Assembly: GCF_041080865.1 (NCBI RefSeq)
Contig: NZ_CP160906.1
Coordinates: 3,037,629-3,061,628, forward strand
DNA: 24,000 nucleotides
Source: Psychromonas sp. MME1
GTDB lineage: Bacteria > Pseudomonadota > Gammaproteobacteria > Enterobacterales > Psychromonadaceae
Reading direction: 5' to 3'
The notes below the pieces were generated by a model. It was not told where the DNA came from and ran no database searches. It saw nothing but the letters and a program-made list of their open reading frames with translations. Numbering within the stretch: the first letter of the stretch is position 1; every line of letters begins with the position of its first letter. The position numbers were made by a program, and so were the translations under genes. Shown here in pieces: positions 7,168-16,676 of the stretch.

Positions 7168-7322
7168 GGTTTATTGTGTTTATTTTTTATCCATATTTTA
7201 CTATTCGTAATATTGTAGATAAGGCTCTACTATTCAAGCAATAAATTCCAATTTTAGATGACCATTTTTCGTACAACTGATAAATTATTTCTTTTATCTT
7301 AATAATCAATAGGTAACTCTAT

Positions 7323-10157
7323 ATGTCTTTGTTAAATGATCATGCTTTACGACAGTTTGAAAACCTCCAACAACAGGTTGATTTATCATTTATCACGGCA
7401 TCACAAAAGAGTGAATTAATAGCTGTATTGGGTTTAAGTGATTTTATTAGTGATGCTTTATGTAAGCAGCCCTTGCTAATCTCATCGCTATTTTCTAGTG
7501 ATATATTGCAATCATCTCAGCGTACTCAAATAATCCTTCAGGATCTACAGCAACAGTTATTAAGCGTTACCGATGAAATGGAATTACATCGTGTATTACG
7601 TCTATTTCGCCGTAAACATATGCTTATTATTGCTTGGCGAGAGTTGCTTGGTAAAGCGAGTTTAGAGGAAAGTTTTGAGCATCTATCGTTTTTGGCTGAT
7701 CAATTGATTCTGCAAACGATGCAGTGGTTATACGTAAAGCAGTGTAATGAGTTGGGCACACCGAAGAGTAAAGCGGGTGTTTCTCAACCGTTATATATTT
7801 TCGCAATGGGTAAATTAGGCGGCCAGGAGTTAAATTTTTCTTCCGATATAGACCTGATTTTTGCTTATCCTGAGCGTGGTCAAACAGAGGGGGGGCGTCG
7901 ACATATTGATAACCAAACCTTCTTTATCAAATTATCACAGCGCATTATTGCCGCTTTGCATCAAATTACCGTGGATGGCTTTGTCTATCGCGTTGATATG
8001 CGTTTACGTCCGTTTGGTGACTCTGGCCCGATAGTGAGCCACTTTGCTGCACTTGAAGATTATTACCAAAGCCATGGACGTGAATGGGAGCGTTATGCAA
8101 TGGTTAAAGCTCGTATTTTGGGGGAGTCTGGGCATTATAAAGATGAGTTAGAAGCGATGCTGAAACCTTTTGTTTATCGCCGATATATCGATTTTAGTGC
8201 GATTGAATCTCTGCGTAAAATGAAAGCGATGATTAGCGCAGAAGTTCGGCGCAAAGGGTTAAAGGATAATATTAAGTTAGGCATGGGGGGGATCCGAGAG
8301 GTAGAGTTTGTTGCACAGGCTTTTCAGCTAATCCGAGGTGGAAGAGTGCTGCAATTACAGTGCAAAGGGTTACAGCAAACGCTAATTACTTTATCTGCAA
8401 TTGGTGAGCTGCCTAAACAGAGGGCGCAAAATTTATTAGTGTCATACCAATTTTTACGACGTGTGGAAAATATATTACAGCAGATTGCGGATAAGCAGAC
8501 GCAAACATTGCCCGATAATGCGTTGGATAAATTACGCTTAATGTCGGTGTTAGGCTTTGCTAGTTGGGATGATTTTAAGCTGCATTTGCAACGTATGATG
8601 GACAATGTTCACGAGGAGTTCAATTGGATCATTGGTGACAACGAAAAGAAAGAGAGCGATGACCATGGCGCTGCGCTGTGGGATCTTACTTTTAGCTTAC
8701 AAGATACCCTTAATTTATTACAAGAAAAAGGGTTGCAAGCCCCATTACTTGGTGATTATGCACTGCAATTGATGAGCTTTAAAGAGGAGATACATAAGCG
8801 ACCAATTGGCACTCGCGGTCAAGAAACCTTAGAGAAACTGCTGCCTAAAATAGTGGACAAAGTGGCCACATTTGCCGACCCCGTTGCGTTAATTGAGCGT
8901 CTGCGTGTACTACTTTTGCAAATCATGCGTCGTACAGCCTATTTGGAGCTCTTAAATGAGAATGAAGGGGCGTTGAATCAATTACTTAAATTATGCAGTG
9001 CCAGCCCGCTTTTGAGTGAGCAGTTGGCACGTTACCCTATCTTATTAGATGAGTTATTAGATCCTGCTGAGCTTTATAACCCAACACCGCTGACTGATTA
9101 TAAACGTGATTTACAGCAATTTATGCTACGTATTCCTGAGGAGGATATGGAGCAACAGATGGAGGCGCTGCGTCAGTTTAAACAGATCCAGCTACTGTAT
9201 ATCACCGCTGCTGATATAGTCGGTGCCATTGAATTACCTCAAGTTAGCGACCATCTTACCTATTTAAGCGAGGCCTTGTTAGATCATGTCGTCCGCTTAG
9301 CGTGGACGCAGTTGGTGGAAAAATATGGTCTACCAAGTAATGTGCAAGGGTCTCAGAGAAGGGGATTTGCCGTTATCGGCTATGGCAAGATGGGCGGATA
9401 TGAATTGGGGTATGGCTCTGATTTAGATCTGATTTTTTTACATGAAAATAATATTGCAGGCCACACAATGGGGCCACGTTGTATTGATAACCAACTATTT
9501 TATTTACGTTTCGGACAGCGCATTATTCATTTATTCAGCACCCGTACTAACTCGGGTATTTTATATGAAATAGATATGCGCTTACGCCCGTCAGGTGAAT
9601 CTGGGCCATTAGTGGTCAGCATCGATGCTTACAAAAAATATTTAGAAAATGATGCTTGGACATGGGAGCATCAAGCGTTAGTTCGCTCACGGGCTGTTTT
9701 TGGTGATGACGATATTGTGCAAGAGTTTAAGCTGATCCGAGAAGCGATATTAATATTGCCGCGGCAAAGTCAACAGTTGGCAAATGATATCACTGAGATG
9801 CGTGATAAAATGCGTAATCACTTACATCGCGCAAAGCAAGGGGAGTTTGATCTTAAACAGTCCCTTGGCGGGATGGTCGATATTGAATTTATTGCCCAAT
9901 ATTTAGTGTTGGTTAATGCCTACGCCCATCCGCAAGCCCTCTGTCAGTGGTCTGATAACTTACGAATTTTCGCTAGCTGTAAAGCGCTTGGGTTATTAAG
10001 CGCCGCAGATGAAAAGGCATTGATCACAGCCTACTGTGACATCCGTGATAGTGCTCATCGACTGACACTGAATAAACAAAGTCGTATCGTTAGTGATACG
10101 CTGTTTAAAGAGGATAGGCAGGCGGTTCAGCGAATCTGGAATAATTTATTTGATTAA
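7323..10157 (+). CDS. glnE: Bifunctional glutamine synthetase adenylyltransferase / adenylyl-removing enzyme
   Basis: 944-aa ORF with two homologous nucleotidyltransferase halves (GKLGGQELNFSSDIDLIF...RVDMRLRPFGDSGP and GKMGGYELGYGSDLDLIF...EIDMRLRPSGESGP), diagnostic of GlnE. The length matches E. coli GlnE. Confidence 0.97.
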   Translation: MSLLNDHALRQFENLQQQVDLSFITASQKSELIAVLGLSDFISDALCKQPLLISSLFSSDILQSSQRTQIILQDLQQQLLSVTDEMELHRVLRLFRRKHMLIIAWRELLGKASLEESFEHLSFLADQLILQTMQWLYVKQCNELGTPKSKAGVSQPLYIFAMGKLGGQELNFSSDIDLIFAYPERGQTEGGRRHIDNQTFFIKLSQRIIAALHQITVDGFVYRVDMRLRPFGDSGPIVSHFAALEDYYQSHGREWERYAMVKARILGESGHYKDELEAMLKPFVYRRYIDFSAIESLRKMKAMISAEVRRKGLKDNIKLGMGGIREVEFVAQAFQLIRGGRVLQLQCKGLQQTLITLSAIGELPKQRAQNLLVSYQFLRRVENILQQIADKQTQTLPDNALDKLRLMSVLGFASWDDFKLHLQRMMDNVHEEFNWIIGDNEKKESDDHGAALWDLTFSLQDTLNLLQEKGLQAPLLGDYALQLMSFKEEIHKRPIGTRGQETLEKLLPKIVDKVATFADPVALIERLRVLLLQIMRRTAYLELLNENEGALNQLLKLCSASPLLSEQLARYPILLDELLDPAELYNPTPLTDYKRDLQQFMLRIPEEDMEQQMEALRQFKQIQLLYITAADIVGAIELPQVSDHLTYLSEALLDHVVRLAWTQLVEKYGLPSNVQGSQRRGFAVIGYGKMGGYELGYGSDLDLIFLHENNIAGHTMGPRCIDNQLFYLRFGQRIIHLFSTRTNSGILYEIDMRLRPSGESGPLVVSIDAYKKYLENDAWTWEHQALVRSRAVFGDDDIVQEFKLIREAILILPRQSQQLANDITEMRDKMRNHLHRAKQGEFDLKQSLGGMVDIEFIAQYLVLVNAYAHPQALCQWSDNLRIFASCKALGLLSAADEKALITAYCDIRDSAHRLTLNKQSRIVSDTLFKEDRQAVQRIWNNLFD

Positions 10158-10188
10158 TATATCCATGTCACCTCAATATGCTTTGTCA

Positions 10189-10284
10189 GGCGCTAGCTTG
10201 GATACCAGAGCAAGGCGTAACATGAGGTAATTGTTATTCACTTTTTGAGTGTTACAAAGCAGGGCTGGTTTTCGAGCTAGCGCC
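10189..10284. repeat. ~96-nt imperfect palindrome H1 in the glnE/lpxL convergent spacer
   Basis: GGCGCTAGCT (10189-10198) pairs perfectly with AGCTAGCGCC (10275-10284). The helix continues through G-U/Watson-Crick pairs (10199-10202 with 10271-10274), ACCAG/CTGGT (10204-10208 with 10265-10269) and GTAACA/TGTTAC (10217-10222 with 10250-10255), leaving a 27-nt loop. There is no U-tract on either side. Confidence 0.7.
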
Positions 10285-10290
10285 CCGTAG

Positions 10291-10390
10291 GGCAAGAAAA
10301 ATAGCACCTATCTGCTTTGTTATAAAATATCGATGTAGAATCACTATACTTCTATTTTATGCCTCGCATCTCGGTGCTCTTTTTCTTGCT
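10291..10390. repeat. ~100-nt imperfect palindrome H2; its right arm and part of its loop belong to repeat copy B
   Basis: GCAAGAAAAATAGCACC (10292-10308) pairs with GGTGCTCTTTTTCTTGC (10373-10389) in 16 of 17 positions. There is an inner 8-bp helix, ATAAAATA (10322-10329) with TATTTTAT (10353-10360), and a 23-nt loop. Confidence 0.75.
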
Positions 10391-10409
10391 GACTTTGCAT
10401 CTTGAAGTA
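10344..10409 (-). repeat. 65/66-nt intergenic repeat, copy B (inverted relative to copy A)
   Basis: The minus strand reads TACTTCAAGATGCAAAGTCAGCAAGAAAAAGAGCACCGAGATGCGAGGCATAAAATAGAAGTATAG. Against 3461-3525 it has 7 substitutions and 1 single-base indel. It begins immediately after the lpxL stop codon (10410-10412). Confidence 0.85.
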
Positions 10410-11339
10410 TCATGGGTATAAAGAGGGTTCACCCTCTGGACGCGTTTTAAAACGGCGATGCATCCACATATATTGTTCATCGGCTTCACCAATCATCATC
10501 TCTATTTGTTGATTGGTTGTTTTGGCATCGGCCTGTAAATCTTTGCTTGGAAAGTTTTCAAGTGCAGGATAAAAAACCAACTCATAGCCAGCGGTTCCCG
10601 GTAAACGTCTTAAAAAAGCAGGAATAACACAGCTGTTTTTTACCCGAGCAAGGGTGCTTGTTCCGGCAACCGTGTTAGCGTTTTCTACGTTAAAAAAGGG
10701 TGCAAAAACACTGCTTTTATGGCGACCATAATCATGGTCTGGGGCATACCAGAGAGATTCACCTTCTTTAAGTATGCGTATCATTCCTTTTAAATCCTTG
10801 CGATCTACCATGCCTTTTTGATTGCGCATTCTCCCCCAATGAAAATAGTAATCTAAAACGGGGTTTGAGTGCTTACGATATACGGCAAAGGTAGGATTGG
10901 TTAGCCCTAAGCCACGCCCACCCATCTCTAAGGTTAAAAAATGTGCACCTAAAAATATAATGCCTTTGCCATTTTGTTTGGCTTGTTGTAGATGTTCTAG
11001 TCCGCGTACTTTGAGGATGCTGCGGATACGCCAGCTTGGCCAAAACCATGCCATTGCCATTTCAAATAGCGCAATGCCTGCATTTTCAAAGTTATGCATC
11101 ACTTTCTGTTCAACTTCTAAGGTGGAAAGATCAGGAAAGCATAATTCGATGTTGCGATGGGCAATTCGGCGTCGGCTCTTGGCAATATAATAGCCACAAC
11201 GACCCAGTAGCTTGCCCATCAGTAGTAAGAGAGAAAAAGGCAGTAACGAGCTTAAAAATAGTGCCAAAATACCCATCCAAGTTAACCAGTAACGAGGGTG
11301 GCAGTAGCGTATTTTTAGTTTATTTGCATTCATAATCAC
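10410..11339 (-). CDS. lpxL: Lipid A biosynthesis lauroyl acyltransferase (LpxL/HtrB family late acyltransferase)
   Basis: Colinear with E. coli LpxL: HPRYWLTWMGIL, HRNIELCFP, FENAGIALFEMAMAWFWP, WYAPDHDYG and EQYMWMHRRFKTRPEG all match. Paralogue assignment (LpxL versus LpxP or LpxM) is less certain. The start could also be ATG 11333. Confidence 0.88.
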   Translation of the reverse strand: MIMNANKLKIRYCHPRYWLTWMGILALFLSSLLPFSLLLLMGKLLGRCGYYIAKSRRRIAHRNIELCFPDLSTLEVEQKVMHNFENAGIALFEMAMAWFWPSWRIRSILKVRGLEHLQQAKQNGKGIIFLGAHFLTLEMGGRGLGLTNPTFAVYRKHSNPVLDYYFHWGRMRNQKGMVDRKDLKGMIRILKEGESLWYAPDHDYGRHKSSVFAPFFNVENANTVAGTSTLARVKNSCVIPAFLRRLPGTAGYELVFYPALENFPSKDLQADAKTTNQQIEMMIGEADEQYMWMHRRFKTRPEGEPSLYP

Positions 11340-11402
11340 TTTATCTTTTCTATAAGAGTCAAATATTCTAACTAATTATAACTTAAATGCCTATTTTCTT
11401 TA

Positions 11403-12791
11403 CTATGGTTCTTGCGTCGTGATGACCGTTTGCTGTGCAATTTGTTGTAACTGCTGATACGATATTTTCAAACCGCTCTGTTCTGGCATCGGAAAATAAT
11501 ATAGCGGGCGTTTGTAACGGCTTAATTTAGGCGTTAAATAATCGTTTAATTGTTGATGTGACGGAAGCCTTTGTGCAGCGATGAAGGCGACTGGTTGTTG
11601 TCCGAAACTGGGATGTTCAAGGCTTACGACATGGGCCTGATTGATAGCGGGATGCTCAATTAACAGACGTTCAATTTCTTCGGGTTGGATATTTTCACCC
11701 GCGCAGATAAATTGGCGATCTTTGCGCCCGACTATTTGTAATAAACCATTATCTAATCTCCCTAAGTCTTTTGTTGCAAACCAACTTTCTGCTGCGATCA
11801 GAGGGGCATCGACGGCGTTGTTAAAATAGCCCATAAAGCGTGTTTTGCCACGTAGATAAATTTCACCTTCGACAATTTTTATCTGCGCATATTTAAGTAT
11901 TTGTAACTCACTTGTATTGGTTGATGTTGCCACTTGCGAGCTCATCTCGGTTAAGCCATAGCTTAAGTGGTAGCAAAAACCGCGTTCAGCAGTTTGCTGT
12001 AGTAAGGCCTGTGAAAAAGCGCTACCACCGAGTAGCAAATGTTTAATCGCTAACGCTTGGTGTTGAAATTGGTCATGTTGTAATAGCTCATATAACTGTT
12101 TCGCGACCAGAGAAAGGTGAGTTATTTGCTTTTCTTTTAATAAATTAACCGATAATTTTTGCGTGTCGATTAAAAGGGTTGCACCCGCCATAATGGTGCG
12201 TATAACGGTGGCATACCCACTAATATGAAATAATGGTAAGGAGAGTAAATTGATATCGCCACGATTTAGCGATATCCGCTCCTGTGAGGCGATGGCACTA
12301 TAAAAGTGATTACTAAAGCAGTGCATGGCCGCTTTAGGTGTTCCGCTACTACCGGAAGTAAAGATAATATTAACAGCTTTGCTGGCATCTAGCAGGTAGG
12401 GGGAAAGGCCGCTTACTGGTTCGCATCGACGGCTGAAATCTAAAGGCAAACTAGGATAACCAAGTGCAGAGTCGGTTTGTTGATGCCAGATAAATTCGCT
12501 AGCTAATAGATTGATGCGCGTCTCTATCTCCTGTCTGCTGAAGTGTGGGTTAATTGGGCTGAAAATAATGGCATGACGCAGGCAAGTGAGTTGTAATAAG
12601 AGTAACTGCAGCGAGTTGGTCGCGATACAAATTAAGCGATCTCCCGAGGTTAACCCTAGTTTGAATAACTGTTCTGATAAGTCGCAGATTTGTTGATCAA
12701 GTTGTGCGAATGTTAACTGCTGCTTGTCGCTAGTAATCGCTATCGCATCCGGCTGCATTATCGCTTGCATACGCACGGGACAATCGTTCAT
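11403..12791 (-). CDS. menE: o-Succinylbenzoate-CoA ligase (adenylate-forming enzyme)
   Basis: Contains the AMP-binding motif IIFTSGSSGTPKA and lies immediately downstream of menC. I prefer the ATG at 12791, which forms an ATGA overlap with the menC stop and gives MNDCPVRMQ..., comparable to E. coli MenE (MIFSDWPWRH). The track ORF extends to 12809. Confidence 0.85.
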   Translation of the reverse strand: MNDCPVRMQAIMQPDAIAITSDKQQLTFAQLDQQICDLSEQLFKLGLTSGDRLICIATNSLQLLLLQLTCLRHAIIFSPINPHFSRQEIETRINLLASEFIWHQQTDSALGYPSLPLDFSRRCEPVSGLSPYLLDASKAVNIIFTSGSSGTPKAAMHCFSNHFYSAIASQERISLNRGDINLLSLPLFHISGYATVIRTIMAGATLLIDTQKLSVNLLKEKQITHLSLVAKQLYELLQHDQFQHQALAIKHLLLGGSAFSQALLQQTAERGFCYHLSYGLTEMSSQVATSTNTSELQILKYAQIKIVEGEIYLRGKTRFMGYFNNAVDAPLIAAESWFATKDLGRLDNGLLQIVGRKDRQFICAGENIQPEEIERLLIEHPAINQAHVVSLEHPSFGQQPVAFIAAQRLPSHQQLNDYLTPKLSRYKRPLYYFPMPEQSGLKISYQQLQQIAQQTVITTQEP

Positions 12792-13756
12792 CGACTGGTC
12801 CATAGACACTCCAATGTTTCTATATCTGTCACTATTTGATTGCTCTTGGTTAACTGCTGCGCTTGAAAATATTTTAATGTATCTAGACCAAGGTTGATAT
12901 CGACTCCCCGATAACGGTCGGCAAGGTGCGTTATTTGGCTCAAACCAAGCACCGACTCAAAGCTTGAGCTGAAGCTTACTTGTAAATGATGTTGTTTGGC
13001 AATCGCGATAAAATAGTCAATTCTCTGCCGTGTGCCAATTAACATCGGTTTTAACACGAACGCCTTAATCGCCGGGTGGTGTTGATAGACAAAATCTTTA
13101 TCTTGTAAACTTTCATCAAGTGCTAAGAAAAACCGATGGCGCTGCGCGAGTCTAATATTATGTAGGTGCGAGGCCGTAGGCTCTTCAATATAATCTAATT
13201 GTTCAATCTCTATTTGACTAAAAAAATCATCGGCTTGTTGAAAATCCCATGCCTGATTGGCATCGCAACGTATTTTTAAATGACGATTTAAACGGGCTAA
13301 TTGATTAAAGAGTTGTACCTCGTCGCTAACCCTGTGGCGAGCGACCTTAAGTTTGATAAGGTTGGGTTTCTGTAATGCTAAATAGTGTTCGATCACTTGA
13401 TCCGCACTACCCTGTATAAGCGGGATGCTCTCTGTGCAAGAGGCGACCCTTGAAAAAGGGGTGTAATTCAACGCATTTTCTAAGCCGAATTGCACACTGG
13501 GGTAACCATTTTGTAATTTATTTAAAGGGTGAGTTGCAGTGCTTAAATGCGCGATTATCTGATCCCTTGCCTCTACTAAGGTTTCCCTGCTAAAGCCTGC
13601 TAAAGGGGCTATTTCACCCAATCCGTAGCGCCCTTGTTCATCCTGCAGTTGCAGGATGAGACCACTTCGGTAGGTTAGCAGTTGCCCTTTAAAGTTAAGG
13701 GGGACTTTAAAGGGGAGTTGGTAAATAAATAGCTTCGCTTGGGCTATATGGTTCAT
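12788..13756 (-). CDS. menC: o-Succinylbenzoate synthase (enolase superfamily)
   Basis: 322 aa. ...GLGEIAPLAGFSRETLVEA... parallels E. coli MenC (GWGEISPLPGFSQETWEEA). Its size and its adjacency to menE fit. Confidence 0.88.
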   Translation of the reverse strand: MNHIAQAKLFIYQLPFKVPLNFKGQLLTYRSGLILQLQDEQGRYGLGEIAPLAGFSRETLVEARDQIIAHLSTATHPLNKLQNGYPSVQFGLENALNYTPFSRVASCTESIPLIQGSADQVIEHYLALQKPNLIKLKVARHRVSDEVQLFNQLARLNRHLKIRCDANQAWDFQQADDFFSQIEIEQLDYIEEPTASHLHNIRLAQRHRFFLALDESLQDKDFVYQHHPAIKAFVLKPMLIGTRQRIDYFIAIAKQHHLQVSFSSSFESVLGLSQITHLADRYRGVDINLGLDTLKYFQAQQLTKSNQIVTDIETLECLWTSR

Positions 13757-13768
13757 AGAGATGGTTGG

Positions 13769-14857
13769 CTACTCTCGGTAATGCAGGGCAACGCGTGAGG
13801 TTAATTTAGTGATTAACTCATAGGCAATGGTACCAATATGTTGAGCCACCTCCGTTGCGGGTAAACCCTCTCCCCATAGTGTCACTTGATCGCCGACCTT
13901 ATCCTTACAGGCTTGGCCTAAATCGACCGTCAGCATATCCATGGAGACGCGTCCGACAATCGGTACAATCCGGCCATTAATCAATACAGGAGTGCCTGCT
14001 GGTGCCATGCGTGGATAACCATCCCCATAGCCGATTGCAATAACGGCAATTGTGGTATCTTCTGCTGCCGTCCAATTTGCACCATAACCAACATGATCAC
14101 CGGCCTTTAATTGTTTGAGCGCAATCACCCGTGATTTTAATGTCATGACGGGTTTTAATTGCTCTGTCTGTGCTGACTCTTCGGCAAAGGGAGAAACGCC
14201 ATATAAAGCAATGCCGGGGCGAATAACCTCTGCATGGGCTTTTGGCCACGCCAGAATCGCAGCAGAATTTGCTAGTGATCGTAGGCCACCATTGCCTTCG
14301 ATAAGTGTATTAGTTTGCCTATTAAAAAGGTCAATTTGTAGTTTGGTCATGGCATTATCTAGCTCATCGGAACAGCTAAAATGGGTCATGAGATTAATCG
14401 GTTTTTGCACATTGGGGCTGTTTTTTAACTGCTCATAGGCAAGGCTGAAAGCGTCCTTTGTGAAGCCTAATCTGTGCATTCCCGTATCGAGCTTTAACCA
14501 AGCGTGTATTGGTTTGTGTAAATTAGCTTTTAAGAGCGCTTGCACCTGTTCTGGCGAGTGGATGACGGTTTCTAAATTATGTTCGACAATCACCTCTAGA
14601 TCATCATCTTCAAAAAAGCCTTCAAGCAATAAAATGGGTTTATCAATTCCAGCGTTACGCAATCTGATCGCCTCATTAAGGCGTGCAACACCAAAGGCAT
14701 ACACACCCGTTAAGGCTTGCGCTATTTTTACCATTCCATGACCATAGGCATCTGCTTTTATCACCGCCAGTATTTGGCTTTGCGGTGCTTTTTGCTGTAA
14801 TACCTGTAAATTTGACCGTAAGGCCACAAGGTCAATGACTGCGTAGGTGCTATCCAT
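13769..14857 (-). CDS. alr: Alanine racemase, biosynthetic
   Basis: Contains the PLP-lysine motif AVIKADAYGHG near the N-terminus. The product is 362 aa and lies directly downstream of dnaB, as in E. coli. Confidence 0.93.
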   Translation of the reverse strand: MDSTYAVIDLVALRSNLQVLQQKAPQSQILAVIKADAYGHGMVKIAQALTGVYAFGVARLNEAIRLRNAGIDKPILLLEGFFEDDDLEVIVEHNLETVIHSPEQVQALLKANLHKPIHAWLKLDTGMHRLGFTKDAFSLAYEQLKNSPNVQKPINLMTHFSCSDELDNAMTKLQIDLFNRQTNTLIEGNGGLRSLANSAAILAWPKAHAEVIRPGIALYGVSPFAEESAQTEQLKPVMTLKSRVIALKQLKAGDHVGYGANWTAAEDTTIAVIAIGYGDGYPRMAPAGTPVLINGRIVPIVGRVSMDMLTVDLGQACKDKVGDQVTLWGEGLPATEVAQHIGTIAYELITKLTSRVALHYRE

Positions 14858-14887
14858 TAATTTGCTCTATCTAAAAATGCTAATTGG

Positions 14888-16288
14888 TTATTCGTCATCA
14901 TGGTAACTGGCTCCAGTATAATCATCAAAGCGCGAATAACGCCCTTGGAAGGTTAAACGCACTTTACCAATCGGTCCATTACGCTGTTTACCGATAATAA
15001 TTTCAGCAATCCCTTTATCGTTACTGTCCTCGTGATAAACCTCATCGCGGTAGATGAACATAATTAAATCGGCGTCTTGCTCAATCGCCCCTGATTCACG
15101 TAAATCAGAGTTGATGGGGCGTTTATCGGCACGTTGTTCTAGACCACGGTTGAGCTGTGAAAGGGCGATAACGGGGCAGCGTAGCTCTTTTGCCAAGGCC
15201 TTTAGTGAGCGAGAAATTTCGGATATTTCTAATGTTCGGTTTTCACTTAATGAAGGAACGCGCATTAATTGTAGGTAATCGACCATGATCATACTGATGC
15301 CACCGTTATCCCGTGCAACGCGTCGCGCACGTGAACGTAATTCAGTTGGCGTTAGACCAGAACTATCATCGATAAACATTTTACCTTGGTTGAGCAGTAT
15401 CGACATGGTCGATGAAAGCGATGCCCAATCATTTTCATCAAGTTGACCAGTACGAATTTTACCTTGGTCAATTCGACCTAAGGATGCCAACATACGATTC
15501 ATGATTTGATCGGCGGGCATCTCTAAGGAAAAGATAAGTGTCGCTTTATCGGCATTGAGTGCAGAGTGCTCAGCTAAATTCATAGCAAAGGTTGTTTTAC
15601 CCATAGATGGACGCGCCGCGACAATGATCAGATCGCCCGGTTGGAAACCTGTGGTCATTTTATCAAGGTCACTATAACCCGATGATAAACCAGTAATACC
15701 ATCGCGAGGGTTTTTGCAGAGATCATCAATTTTAGCGACCGTTGCCTTTAAAATATCTTTTATGGCTTGCGGGCCTTCGCTTTTATCACTGCGCGCTTCG
15801 GCGATTTGAAAAATTTTTGTTTCCGCAAAGTCGAGTAGTTCGGAGCTATCTCGCCCCTCTGTTTCATAACCCGCTTCGGCAATCTCATTAGCGACACCAA
15901 TTAACTCTCGAACGACGGCTCTTTCTCGGACAATGTCAGAGTAGTTATTGATATTGGCCGCACTGGGCGTGTTTTGTAATAGCTCGGCAAGATAGGCGAT
16001 ACCACCAACACCCTCTAACTCCTGTTTATTGTCAAGGTGCTCGGAAAGGGTTACTAAATCAACGGGAATATCTTCACTACTGAGTTTTTCAATAGTGGCA
16101 AAGATTTGGCGGTGAGCTCGATGATAAAAATCGCGCTCAACGACACGCTCTGCGACATCATTCCATGCTTCATTGTTAAGCAATAATCCACCGATAATTG
16201 CCTGCTCTGCTTCAAAGGAGTGCGGAACGCTTTTTATGGAGGAGGTGGTTTTATTTTTATTAGCGAAATCGCGTGGTTTATCTGCCAT
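14888..16288 (-). CDS. dnaB: Replicative DNA helicase DnaB
   Basis: Shows PHSFEAEQAIIGGLLL near the N-terminus, the Walker A motif AARPSMGKTTFAMN, and SQLNRGLEQRADKRP. At 466 aa it has no intein-sized insertion. Confidence 0.97.
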   Translation of the reverse strand: MADKPRDFANKNKTTSSIKSVPHSFEAEQAIIGGLLLNNEAWNDVAERVVERDFYHRAHRQIFATIEKLSSEDIPVDLVTLSEHLDNKQELEGVGGIAYLAELLQNTPSAANINNYSDIVRERAVVRELIGVANEIAEAGYETEGRDSSELLDFAETKIFQIAEARSDKSEGPQAIKDILKATVAKIDDLCKNPRDGITGLSSGYSDLDKMTTGFQPGDLIIVAARPSMGKTTFAMNLAEHSALNADKATLIFSLEMPADQIMNRMLASLGRIDQGKIRTGQLDENDWASLSSTMSILLNQGKMFIDDSSGLTPTELRSRARRVARDNGGISMIMVDYLQLMRVPSLSENRTLEISEISRSLKALAKELRCPVIALSQLNRGLEQRADKRPINSDLRESGAIEQDADLIMFIYRDEVYHEDSNDKGIAEIIIGKQRNGPIGKVRLTFQGRYSRFDDYTGASYHDDE

Positions 16289-16316
16289 GGTTAGATCCTA
16301 GGTTTTTCAACAATAT

Positions 16317-16676
16317 CTATAAAAAGAGGATTTCAATCCAAATGTAGGCACATAAAAAAAGTGCAATAAAGACCGTCGCGGAGGCCATATCTTTGGCTCG
16401 CCCAGACAGTTCATGGTGGTCAGTGCCAATTCGGTCAACGACAGCTTCTATGGCTGAATTGAAAATTTCAAAAATGACAATGATAACCACACTGGTGATC
16501 ATCAACAGGCGTTCCATCTGTGTTACGTCCAAATAACAGGCAAGGGGAATTAAAATAGCGGCTAATAGTAACTCTTGGCGAAATGCAGCCTCATGTTTAA
16601 AGGCACTTTTTAACCCTTTTATTGAGTAGCCACTCGCTAGAATAATGCGTTTTAGCCCAGTATTTTTATGTTTCAA
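16317..16676 (-). CDS. dgkA: Diacylglycerol kinase
   Basis: 119 aa, colinear with E. coli DgkA (SAIEAVVDRIGTDHHELSGRAKDMASA versus SAIEAVVDRIGSEYHELSGRAKDMGSA). The only in-frame start after the upstream stop at 16698-16700 is TTG at 16676. Confidence 0.92.
   Translation of the reverse strand: MKHKNTGLKRIILASGYSIKGLKSAFKHEAAFRQELLLAAILIPLACYLDVTQMERLLMITSVVIIVIFEIFNSAIEAVVDRIGTDHHELSGRAKDMASATVFIALFLCAYIWIEILFL

Noticed and set aside
7151-7168. Pho-box-like TTGTCAT-TATA-TGTCAAG
   Set aside because: The TGTCA repeats are 10 bp apart rather than the 11 bp of the CTGTCATAWAWCTGTCAY consensus. The second half-site is out of register, and the sequence is better explained as the -35 TTGACA of the minus-strand promoter.
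10165-10230. 21-codon ORF (MSPQYALSGASLDTRARRNMR) just after glnE
   Set aside because: It has no Shine-Dalgarno, overlaps the H1 hairpin arm, and has arbitrary composition.
10189-10285. tRNA-like appearance of H1 (7-bp GGCGCTA/TAGCGCC 'acceptor' pairing and a GGTTTTCGAGC T-loop-like string)
   Set aside because: At 96 nt it is too long. It has no D-loop GG, no 5-bp T-stem flanking a 7-nt TTCGAAT-type loop, no 7-nt anticodon loop and no CCA. It folds better as one long hairpin.
10897-11335. Two overlapping plus-strand ORFs (97 and 99 aa) opposite lpxL
   Set aside because: The minus-strand product aligns along its whole length with E. coli LpxL, so these are antisense artefacts.
14115-14741. 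Two plus-strand ORFs (107 and 93 aa) inside alr
   Set aside because: They are antisense shadows of alanine racemase and resemble nothing I recognise. The same applies to the other nested ORFs in the track: 1068-1271, 1992-2225, 3855-4046, 4125-4367, 4680-4880, 5290-5472, 5648-5848, 6708-6914, 8324-8605, 11641-11829, 15054-15278, 17742-17927, 20244-20504, 22827-23027 and 23613-23810.
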